From contig JBHGNT010000013.1 of the NCBI GenBank assembly GCA_043228905.1, forward strand, positions 13,082,001 to 13,146,000: a DNA stretch of 64,000 bases, given 5' to 3'. Shown here in pieces: positions 12,649 through 24,432 of this stretch; position 1 is the first letter of the stretch, and each line of letters begins with the position of its first letter. This stretch comes from Azolla caroliniana. Taxonomy: Eukaryota; Plantae; Polypodiophyta. A model generated the notes under the pieces. It was not told the origin of the DNA and searched no databases. It saw only the letters and a program-made list of their open reading frames with translations. A program made the position numbers and the translations under genes.

Positions 12649-14730
12649 CGGGAAGCTGACTCGGACGCCCGTAGATTTTCTTTCTCTCTGCATAAACCCT
12701 AGCTCCATGGCCGGTTTCACACTTGCCCCGGACACCCTTCATGCTCCTCTAGCACCTCATATCCTCCACATCCAGTGCCTCGTTACGCACATCCTCACGA
12801 TCGACCGGGAAAAAAAAAACCCCCGAGAGCGGCTCTTCCCAGAAAACATGCTCGGCAACGATCGGGACGGTGGCATCAAGCAGTGCACACAAATGAAGCA
12901 TGCGGCCTTGTATGATGGTCTCACACATATGGATATTCCGAGAAAGATATTGTGAGTGGGGAGAATTGTGTGCCCTCCTGAGTGATGTGGCCTTAGCTTT
13001 CCCATATGGCATAGAGAAGACCGCACGAGCGCGCGAACACATTGGCTTTCATGCTTTGCAACAAACCGATAAAAGTTTATGGGCATTCATGATGTGTTTA
13101 CCATTGGTTTCATCGCCTATTATTGAATGTATGTTCTCCACTCCGACCCCGACGCAACACATTCTCTGTGCATATGTTGCAATGAAGTTTCATCCACGAT
13201 GTGCTGATACCCAATTAATTGTCCCTTTACATTCACAAATTTGCTTAATAATGTTCGAGCACTTCCACGCTATCACAAGTGTGTGCTTCTCTTGTCTATT
13301 TAGTAACTAGATGAGCAACTAGACGAGCAAAGGTGCATAATTGTTTGCTTTGAAAAAGTTGAACATGCTTGTGAGACTATTTGATTGCATCATCCACTTG
13401 TTATAATGCAACATCTTTTACACTTTGAAATGATTATCTTGTTCCAGTTGTTACAATAAACCTTGTCTTTTACAATTGGTTGCATGAAAGTAGCCTTCTA
13501 ACCTCCATTAGTGCCTTTGCATCGAAGATTAAAGGCATATTTACTTTGCTACCTCAAAGAACTAAGGGGTTAGTCAATATATTTTGCATGTAGCTTTTAA
13601 ACATAGATATAGGAAACGAAATTTCAATATTATTGAAAGTTCATGTGGTGTAACCAATTGGGCTAGTTTGGCCAAATTACTTAAATAAAATTTCATTGAA
13701 TACTTCCATGTTTGCACCATTTTCTTTTAGTAACGATTCGCTCAAGACACAGTATATAACAATCATGCACAATGCATGAATACATTTAGAACAAGTGGTT
13801 TTGTGCATATTCATTGTATAAGTGTTTCCTTGGTAATTGATTTTGTCTCAATTGAAAGGGTACAATATAAAGAGAATTGGCAATAGCTTAGCCGACTATG
13901 TGAATGTATTCATATAATGTGTGACAAGAATGACCAAAACATATTGGTCGTGTGTATATTGAGTGTTACTAGGAAATGAGGTGATGCATAGCTAAAAACC
14001 TTACAACGGAGGAGCATTTTTGAGCCACCTCGATACAATGCATGTTACAATTAGGAATGAGGACATGTGTTGTGGCTAGATTCTGCATTGTGCATCAACA
14101 TTCTTGTTGTTTGCTCTTGATCATATTTGTGTTGAGTTTCGAAGTAATTGTCCAAATATAAATGTTCATAAAGGTTTAAAATCAAATACCCAAAATAGAG
14201 AAAAAGGTTGGTAACCATAGTTTGCAGAAAATTCAAAGGTTTAGAGTCATAATCAAGACTTCGAGTTTTAAAGCATTCCTTGTTCTCTCCCTTAAAGCTA
14301 AAGCTTCCATGTATCTCCTTAATAATCTCATGAAGCTCAAAGTTGAAGCTTAATCTATCGTATTAAGTCCCAAGCCTTGTAACCTTGTGGAATATATTAA
14401 TGAAAGCTTAGATGTACTGGTAGCATAGATTGACATATTCGCATTCGTGGGGTTTCCTATTCGAATGCAAACAAATATGTACAATAACCATTCGGTTAAG
14501 TGTGCCATTTTTATTAAGTACGCTTTTTATAGAGGTCAAAATCCAGATCATAAAAATTTCATTGTTTCATGATGAAATTACATAAAACCATATTGAAACT
14601 ATGTTCTAAACATTCAAAAAACACCAAAATGTTCAACATTCAATAAAATTGATGTTGTGAACCACAAAATGAATTGAACTTAGATCTTGCATTCCTACCA
14701 TTACATAGGTTGGGCGTGGGTCTATGAAGC

Positions 14731-15282
14731 GAAAGCTATTAATCAGTTAATCGATTAATAGCTCATTATGTGGACTCATATAAGGGTAAAGCTATTAATT
14801 GATTAATAGCTCATTATGTGAACTCATATTAGGCGAAAGCTATTAATCGATTAATAGCTCATTATGTGGACTCACATTAGGGGAAAGTTATTAATTGATT
14901 AATAGCTCATTATGTGAGCTCATATAAAGGAAAAACTATTAATCGATTAATAGCTAATCATATGGACTCATATTAGGGGGCTCACTATGTGAGCTCACAT
15001 AAAGGAAACTATTAATCGATTAATTCGTCATTATGTGGACTCACATTAGGGGAAAGCTATTAATCGATTAATATCTCATTATCTAAACTCGCATAAAGGA
15101 AAAACTATTAATTGATTAATAGCTCATTATGTGGATTCACATGAAGGGAAAGCTATTGATTGATTAATAGTTCGTTATGTGGACTTAAATACATGAAAAA
15201 CTATTACTCTATTAATAGCTCATTATGTGGACACTCACATGAAGGGAAAACTATTAATTGATTAATAGCAATTAATCTATTA
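14731..15282. repeat. 48-bp minisatellite, ~11 units, each with two palindromes
   Basis: Unit ~AAAGCTATTAATCGATTAATAGCTCATTATGTGGACTCACATTAGGGG; perfect palindromes at 14838-14859 (22 bp) and 14986-15001 (16 bp). Confidence 0.95.
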
Positions 15283-17460
15283 ACACAAGTATTTGGATTC
15301 AAATCCCTACTTTTAGGTATTTTTGTTGCGCTATCTCAGCCAAGTACGTGGATCATTTCTCCAAAACCACATGCCACATATCAAACTAACGACATCACGT
15401 TGTCGCGGTTATCCGCGTTTGCATGTCGGATCCGAGTGGGACCACCAGGGTCATGGACCAGGAGGGGAGGAGTTGCTGGGTACCCGAATCCTCCGGGGCT
15501 TGCCGCGTTGCCGACCGGTTCGATCCTAGATATTCTCCGGATGCGATCGGTAACTACACAGGAAGCGAGAGGGGTTGCCCTCGTCCTTTCCGCCCCTTTC
15601 GCCGGTATGTACAAGGGGCCCAAAAGAGGCACAAGACACGGCCCGGTTAACCGCGCCCACACAAACACATATACACACCCAGTTACAATCGGCACCTCTA
15701 CACCGGCGACCACACACGCAACCGCTCCCGGACCCTACGCTAACCTGAGACACACAAACCTACACACGCAACGCTCGCTGTGACGTCAGTTCCACGCGGA
15801 GAGGAAAAGGGAGCCTGCATCCTAGGGCCAGTCGGGGAGCTCTCGGGCTCATTCGCGCAACGGGACCCTCGTGCAGGGCCCGCCTCTTGCGCCAAAACGC
15901 TTTCAAGGAGCGCACGGGCTCGCTAAACCGAGTGGGGTCTTGCGCGCCAGGGAGTGAGTCCTGCCAACGAGCCACCTAGCGCGCGGGCTCCGCATAAGCA
16001 ACAGAAGCCAACACCTACACACACACACTCGCAGACATGCCGAACCGCGGAGTGCTGAGAGCCAACGAGCATGAACTCAAGGAAAGCACAGACAGTCCGC
16101 ATGCCGCCTGCCACAACCGAACACACCACCTATGCTTGCACATAGAAGACACTGAAACCCTAACAGAAACAGAGACAACGCACCCCTACACCAAGATGAA
16201 GAGAAGACAAAAGTATATATATATAAAGGGGAAGATACAACCCCAGCTTCGAGTCGGGCAACACCCAGAAGAAGAAGAAGAACTTAACCCTAACAAAGCT
16301 TTGTCACCATGGTTGCGGCGCCCAACTTCTCAAGAAGGAGGAGAAGAAGAAGACTACCAAGAAGTCCCGCCCATATCCGGCGTTCGCGCCCTCTTCCCCG
16401 ATCGGTCCTCCCGAACATCGTTGCCGATCCGGTCACCCCTCCTTTATCCATCGCGTATGTTCTCCAATCGCACCCCTGGTCACTTCGGTTGTACGCTGTA
16501 TTCCGCGCCTTGCATGCCGCACATGTCCCTCCGTTGGTTTGATCGTCTCCGCGTCCCGAACACCCCTGTGTGCCAACTCTCTCCGCTCCAAGCTCACCTT
16601 TCATAGGCTCTTCCCGTGTGCCGTTATCGTTCCCTGAATGCGCATTCGTTCTTCGGTCCTTAGGTGACCCCAATACACGCTCCTTGTTCCTTCTATGGTC
16701 GTCATGTCATGTGGCGTCTTCCGCCTTCCTTGTTCGGCACCGCTTGTGTTGAACGTCGTCCTGTACCCGTGCTTGCTTCGGCCCTCGATGGCCACTCGCA
16801 CGTCTCTTGTTCCGCTTTCGGGTGTGCCCTTTCCGGCTTGGCACACCGCTCCTTAATCGGGTGTTCCCGGTAGCTTACCGGAAGATCACCCTTGACGCAG
16901 CCCAGCCCGCATGGCCTCCTTCGTTCACATAATGCCTCGGCTGGTCGGTGCCTGTCGTGTTGCCGCCTTCGTCCCCTTGCCGCTACCTTCCATTACCCTC
17001 GATCTCACGTTGCCACATCGGCCAAACGGCCAGGGTCTCCGGGCAAGTGTGAAGGATCCTTCTCGGGCCTCCGTTTTGTTGGGTCACCGACTCGTGTGCC
17101 AAGCGCGTCCGATCTTTGTCTTGCCGACACTGCTGGTCGGACCCGTATCCGGTTCGTGGCCGCCTCGCCGGCCTCATACCTCCTTTTGCTCTGCTTCTCG
17201 TCGTTTGATCACGTTCTCCTGCGGCCACCATCCTTCTCTCTAGGTTTCACGCCGACTCTCATCGCCGGCTACCGGAGTGTCTGGTTCGTGGCGAGTGTCT
17301 TCGTGGGATCTCCCCTTTCCTATCTTCGGTTTCCCGCCTTGCCGCCGCCACCGTTCTTCTCTCTAGGTCTCACACTGGCTCTCGTTGCCGGCTACCGGAG
17401 TGTCTAGAACCGGTGTGTGTAAGGTCGCGGCAGCACCGCTTGTCGTTTTCCTCTCGCCGT

Positions 17461-18499
17461 TGTCGTGAAGATTCGTCACTACGCACGGATCGTGAGGTGG
17501 AACCGCCGGGGTTCTGGACCGGAAGGACTTGAAGTTGGCGCAAACTTTAGCGAGAAAGTACTTAAGCTAGATTGAAAGAGAGAGAGAGCTTGAGATAGAA
17601 TAGAACGCTTGAATTTAGATTGAGAGAGATTAAGATTGAACTCTTGATTTTAGATTTTAAGAAACAAGTTACACGATCAATTCGGTAACGAATTTTCTTC
17701 TTCTTATTTCATAACCAAAAAAACCTAACCCTTCTTCTTTTTCATCCCTTCTTTTATAGATGTTGATGCATGAGAGGGTACAAGACATGCATAAAATGCA
17801 TGTTCGCCATTTGGCGCTCATGTATTACATGTGGTGCATGATAACCATGTCACTCATTTTAGCTCTCATGTATGTGAATTTACATGTAAAAGTATAATGA
17901 TAAAAATAAAAATTCAACTAAATGTCATGGCTTAGTGGTAAGCCTATTGACTCTTAACTAGGAGGTGCAAGGTTCGAATCCCTATTTGCCCTCCTTGTAT
18001 TTAATTTGGCCGCCGGATATCGGATGCCGGTAGCCGCTGGATCACCAGCTCCACCACCGCCTCGTCGGCCCGTCGGATGCCGAATCGCCGACGCATGCCG
18101 GTTACCGTCCAGTTCCGTTTTGGTTGGCCAAAACCTTTACGAGTGGCTAGGCCACCTCCACTCTTAGTTCAAGTTACCTTGAACTCTCTATGCTCCACAC
18201 ATAAACACAAAGATAATAACTTTTGCTCTACCTTATATATGATGAGAGCCTTATTCGTCCTGTCTATGAGGGATATCTCACAATTTTCTCTTTTTCTTTC
18301 GCAACTTCTTACCCACATAAGTTGACACTTAGATGTTTGTTTCTTATGTAGTAAAATGCACCTCTTCAAGATCTTCGTCTTTTGTACGAAGATATTAAAC
18401 TTAGAATTAGTATATTCACTATTATTGTTTTATATGATTGACACTTGATTTCGTACGTCTTATGTGATTTTCACAGCATTGCCAAAAATCTTCACAACA
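17461..18499 (-). mobile_element. Solo LTR nested in the Trp-PBS element
   Basis: TGTCGTGAAG...CTTCACAACA termini; flanks CCGT/CTGT; AT-rich against a GC-rich host; TATA on the minus strand near 17755; terminal ~20 bp shared with 20866-20887. Confidence 0.8.
17921..17993 (+). other. tRNA-like (Lys-CTT-like) Pol III type-2 promoter module; not a functional tRNA
   Basis: A box TGGCTTAGTGG 17928-17938, CTCTTAA anticodon-loop-like 17951-17957, B box GGTTCGAATCC 17971-17981; stems do not pair well. Confidence 0.7.
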
Positions 18500-21400
18500 C
18501 TGTAGTCCCGACCTTCGCGTCGGCCTCTTGTGCTCGTCACGTTCACCTACCGCCACCATCCTTTCCTATAGGACTCACGCCGGCTCTCGGGCCGACTACC
18601 GGAGTCTCTAGAACCGGTGTGAAGGATCCTCCTTGGGCTCGTTGTATATCGGACCCTTATCCCGGGTCGTCCTTCTCCGCAAGTCGAGAGGGTGGCTCTC
18701 ACCACACCCTCTCCTGTGGTACCGACGTACCGTGTTCTCGGCCTCTCCGTAGGCCCGCTCTCTCCTCCCTCCTGGATCGGTTATCCGGAAGTCCGCTCCG
18801 CCCGGTTCTCGTCTGGGTTCATCCGTCATTCTCTGGATTGCCATGTCCCGTTCTCTTGCTGCCACGTTAGTATCTTAGTCTTACGTCGGATCCGATGCCG
18901 ATCGCCGAAGTCTCTAGCCCGGTGTGAGGTGATCCATAGGACCAGTCTTCGTTCTCCGCTTCGTCCCTTTGAACTTCTCCCGAACTCGTCGTCGCCCTCC
19001 TGCTATGCTCCCACCTCCATCTTCCATCTCTTTTGGTCTCACCTTGCCACGTCGATCAAATTGCCGAAGTCTCCGGTCAAGATGTGGGGACACCGATTTC
19101 GTAACAACTCCCGACGACTCATCCGGGGCCACCGACCCTTTTAGTGATGTCGGTGGAAAGCATCCGCTCTATGATCGATCAAGCCCCGCCTGGGCTTGAT
19201 TCTCCAATGTCCGGAGTTTCGGCTCTAATGTCGATCCTACTGAACTCTTTCCGTACTCTCGATCATTTCCCCTTCGATTTCCGACCTTCGCTCGGTCAGT
19301 CTTTCTCCCCATGTAAAAGAGGGCAGCTCGTCCCACACCCTCTCTTGTACCGGCACCGTCGTGCCTTGCTTGGCCTCCATCTCGACAACGTCTGTCTCGT
19401 CCGCGCGCCCCCTTCCTACTGTGATGTCGCGTCGTCGCACGCCACCTTCGTTTCGCATCCGGGTGACCGCGCTCTGTGAGCTGCTCGGAGCTCCTCCTCT
19501 TTATGCTGGACGGTCGAGCCTTCGGTGAAACTCGTGGGACTCCATCCCCGTTGTAACAGTCAACTCCTTCGACCTCGCCCATCTCGATGTGCCGCTTCTC
19601 AACTCTCCCCCTCGAAGTATTCGGCCTCGAACTCCATCCTCCCTTGTCCCCTTTCACGTCGGGTTCACCAAAGATGTTGCGGCTATCCGCGTTTGCATGT
19701 TGGATCCGTTCGGGACCACCAGGGTCATGGACCAGGAGGGGAGGAGTTGCCGAGTACCCGAATCCTCTGGGGCTTGCCGTGTTGCCGACCGGTTTGATCC
19801 CGGATATTCTCCGGACGCGACCGGTAACCGCACAGGAAGCGAGAGGGCCTGCCCTCATCCTTTCCGCCTCTTTCGCTGGTATGTACAAGGGGCCCAAAAG
19901 AGGCACGGGACACAGCTTGGTTAACCGTGCCCGCACACACACACACACACACATATACACACCCGGTTATAGGCGACACCTCTACACCGGCGACCACACA
20001 CGCACCCGCTCCTGGACCCTACACTAACCTGAGACACACACACACACAGCTACACACGCAACGCTTGCTGCAACACTAGTTCCACGCGGAGAGGAAGAGG
20101 GAGCCTACATCCTCAGGCCGATCGGGGAGCTCTCGGGCTCGTTCGCGCAACGGGACCCCCGTACAGGGCCCGCCTCTTCCAGAGCAACCGCCTCCGGCGC
20201 CAAGCCGCCTTCAGGGAGCGCACGGGCTCGCTGAACCAAGTGGGTTCTTGCGCGCCAAGGAGGGAGTCCTGCCAACGAGCCACCTAACGCGCGGGCTCCG
20301 CATAAACGACAGAAGCCAACACCTACACACACACTCGCAAACATGCCGAACCGTGGAGTGTTGAGAGCCAACGAGCAGGAACTCAGGGAAAGCACAGACA
20401 GTCTACACGCCGCCTGCCACAACCGAACACACCACCTATGCTCGCACATAGAAGACACTGAAACCCTAACAGAAATAGAGACAACGCACCCCTACACCAA
20501 GATGAAGAGAAGACAAAAGTATATATATATATATAAAGAGGAAGATACAACCCCGGCTTCGAGACGGGCAACACTAAGAAGAAGAAGAAGAACTTAACCC
20601 TAACAAAGCTTTGCCGCTATGGTTGCGACGCCCAACTTCTCAAGAAGGAGAAGAAGAAGAAGACTACCAAGAAGTTACTAACCCTAGAAAATTCTTAACA
20701 AGAGTGACCCTCGACCAAAATGGCTCCCTTCCTTTTATAGAACAAGGAGAGGGATGCGTAACTATGTGGGATAAATCCTCCCCCTTATTCTATACATTGT
20801 TTCCTACTATACATGTGCACATGTTGCACACCACCGACTTGCCCATTCCACCCCGGTTTCACACTATAGCCGAAAATCTTCACGACAACGCACAATCTCC
20901 AAACAATTACCATCTAAAATATGCAGAGAATCAGGCCATCTAAACTTTGCACAATACCTCCCTTCTCTAGTATTCATACCATAAACACCAAAAAATAGAC
21001 ATAGGAAAGAAATGTGGTGAGTGACGTGGATTGCAGCAGCGTGAGAGCAATTACATCAGCAAGGAGGGCCTCAATGATGGATGTTGGGGTTGGGCTTTCT
21101 TAAAATTAGAACATGAACAAAAAAATTGGGATTTTGTTTTTTACTAAAAACGGTCTAAATGCGCAGCTCGATTAAGTGCATGTCATGAATACATAAACAT
21201 CATGGATTCACCTCGGCTTGAAGCCAAGACCTTGTAATACATAATTAAGAACCAGACCATTAAGATAGCCTATGATTATATAAGATGATGAACGTTACTT
21301 CTTGTAATACACTGATTTATTGTAAATACTCTGGAACATTCTAAAACATTTTAGAATATCCTAGAACATCTTAGAATATTCTAGGTCTAGAACATTCTAG

Positions 21401-24400
21401 AAGATCATAGGAATCTCTAGGCTATTTTATATGAACCTATAAATAGAGGCATACATGTATTCTCAAATCAATTCGAATCAACACCAGTCTTAAGCTCTCA
21501 TCGCCTATCTTGTATCCATTCTCATTCTACTTTAATACATTCATTTTTCTCTAATCATTTCATTCCCCTCTTCTTGGGATATCTTTATATCTTTCTTCTA
21601 TCACTCTATCTTCTCTCTTGGTTCTGATAGTTTGATTCAAATTTCTCTCTCTCCTTTATCCTCCTCTATAAACATCACGAAACCATGGCCGCCATCAACT
21701 TAGAAGAATATCTAAACCTTGTTGTTGAAATGAAGAATCTTAAATCCAAGTTCACATCCCTCGAATTAGAGAATCAACGTCTTCTTGGAGATCTACAAAA
21801 GGTTATTGTGGAGAAGCAACAACAACAAGAGGATTTTACGCGACGGGTGCAACAACTAGAGTCAACAATCGTAATTGTACAACAACAAAGGGTCGAAAGT
21901 CAAGGAATGATCAAGGAGCCCAAAATCAGCCTTCCCGTTAAATTTGATGGTTTGAGGGTGCATTTCCGAGGTTTCTTGAATCAAGTGTGGTTGGTAATTC
22001 AAATGCATCCCACACGTTATCCGACAGATGCATCTCGAGTCGGGTTAGTGGGCACCTTATTGACTGGCATAACGTTGTCATGGTTTGCTCCATTATTAGA
22101 GACAAATTCTCCTCTACTCCATAATTTCGAGGCATTTGTCAAAGAATTTAAGGCTTGCTTTGGAGATACCGATGGGGCAAGAACAACGATCAACAAGATT
22201 GGTACACTACATCAGAGTGATCAGCCAACATCGACATATGCAATCAATTTTCGTCTCATTGCAAGCAATATTCCTAGGGACGAACAAGCCCTAATGGAGC
22301 AGTTTCATTCTGGTCTTCATAGTGATGTAAAAGACTTACTTCTTACATTCCCCGAGGATCGAAAATCTCTTACAGAAGCTATTAGTTGAGCAATACGGTG
22401 AGATAATCGTCTTTTTGAGCATCGATGTGAACGACAACAACAAATAACAAGATCAAGATTCACACCAACTTATGCATCAGTAACAACACAAACATCTCCA
22501 AGGCAAACATATAGCCTTGCTCCAACTCCAAGGCAACCATGTAGTCCAGCCCCAATGGATAGGCCTACACTCATGGAGATCAATATGACCCAACGACAAG
22601 GACCGTTGTCAAATGAAGAGAAACAACGACGTCGACGAAACCGTCTGTGCTTATATTGCGGAGGTCCAGGACATATAGCCATTCATTGCTCCCGTAGGCC
22701 AAGACGTCAGGTAAATTAAATTCACTATGACAATAAAACCGAGTCCAACATTTTAGAAGCACTTAGTGATCCTAATATTATGAATAATCCACCCTTGTCC
22801 AATAAGTTTGATGTCCTAAGCCAATTAGAAGAGAAGTCAAATGAATAAATCCGGCCAAAATAGGAGGTATTTGGTTGGACAACTCTAGATCTGTACAACC
22901 TAATGTAGGTTCCATTTCTTCCAAGCATGTTAGTAGAGTCTTCTCAGGCCAAGTACAAGTTAAGACACCGAGTTGTCAACTTCAGGTCCAAGCCCTCTTA
23001 GATACTGGTGCCAATTCTTGTTTCATGGATAGAGATTTTGCCCAAAAACATCAAATATCCTTGCATACCCTTCCTTGCTCGGTTTCTGTAGTAGTGATTG
23101 ATGGATGTCCCATAGCTTTCGGGAAAATATTTGAAGAGTCTGAGCCAATACACATACTCTTAGGTGATTTAGGATGTGTAGTTTCCTTTAACATAATACT
23201 TAGCCCCGAGCATCCAATAGTCCTTGGTTTGCCATGGTTTGAGCTACATAACATAAGAATCGATTAGAGGAGGCGAGAAATCTGATACCCTTCCTCAGAA
23301 AACATCATTGCTAAGGATCGAACCCAAGACTCTTCCCTTAAAGAATATGGTTCTACAATTGCAACATCTCCTTTTCATCAAATCTTAACCATTACATTAC
23401 AACAATTGTCCCAAGTGGGAGGAAAAGAGGAACTTTTCTTATTTGTAGTATCAGTGACACCTTCTAGTGCCACTCAAGGGAATTCAGACATCCAAATTCC
23501 CAAAAAATATCAAGAATATGATGATGTCTTTGATAAAGTCAAAGCTAGTGTACTTCCAAAGCATTGGTTGTACGATTGTGCCATTGATCTTCAACCAGGA
23601 AAAGAGCCATTGTGGGGTCCGATCTACAATATATCACCAACTGAGCTTGAGGTTCTTCGAGAATACATCGAGGAGAATCGTACACATGGGTTCATTCGGC
23701 ATTCAAAGTCTCTAGCCAGTGCTCCCATATTTTTTGTGAAGAAAAAGGATGGGTCGCTTCGTTTGGTCGTGAACTATCGGGGATTAAATAAAGTCACCAT
23801 AAGAAATAGGTATGCTCTACCTTTAATCTACAATCTTTTAGAGCACATTGGTGGGGCAAAGCATTTTACAAAAATTGATTTAAGGGGTGCATATAATCTA
23901 ATTCGAACTTGACCGGGAGATGAGTGGAAAACTGCATTTCACACTTGGTATGGTCATTTTGAGTATACAATCATGCCTTTCAGGCTCACAAATGCACCTG
24001 CAGTTTTCCAACATATGGCAAATGACAATTTCCAAGATTTTCTACATATCTTTCTCATCATCTATTTAGATTTTTAGAGCACATTGGTGGGGCAAAGCAT
24101 TTTACAAAAATCGATTTAAGGGGTGCATATAATCTAATTCGAACTTGACCAGGAGATGAGTGGAAAACTGCATTTCGCACTTGGTATGGTCATTTTGAGT
24201 ATACAATCATGCCTTTCAGGCTCACAAATGCACCTGCAGTTTTCCAACATATAGCAAATGACAATTTCCAAGATTTTCTACATATCTTTCTCATCATCTA
24301 TTTAGATTTTTAGAGCACATTGGTGGGGCAAAGCATTTTACAAAAATCGATTTAAGGGGTGCATATAATCTAATTCGAACTTGACCGAGAGATGAGTGGA

Positions 24401-24432
24401 AAACTGCATTTCGCACTTGGTATGGTCATTTT

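Larger units (their letters stand above)
15401..20887 (-). mobile_element. Non-autonomous (LARD-like) LTR element: 5' LTR 19675-20887, truncated 3' LTR 15401-16365, tRNA-Trp PBS 19653-19670
   Basis: ~1-kb direct repeats; TGTCG/TGTTG...CACGACA ends; flanks ACGT/ACGC (4-bp TSD, 1 mismatch); 18-nt match to the tRNA-Trp 3' end; no recognisable RT or integrase. Confidence 0.85.

Noticed and set aside
14051-14400. HLYLDNYF resembling a piggyBac catalytic motif
   Set aside because: Single short motif with no other transposase blocks or TTAA-flanked TIRs.
14731-15282. CRISPR-like appearance of palindromic repeats
   Set aside because: The intervening segments are themselves repeated rather than unique spacers, there are no cas genes, and the context is eukaryotic TE sequence.
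17921-17993. Functional tRNA-Lys gene
   Set aside because: Acceptor, anticodon and T stems do not pair; kept only as a tRNA-like module.
15323-20943. Many overlapping 60-260 aa ORFs on both strands
   Set aside because: GC-rich LTR and internal sequence with no domain motifs; the longest ORFs are not conserved end-to-end between the two LTR copies.
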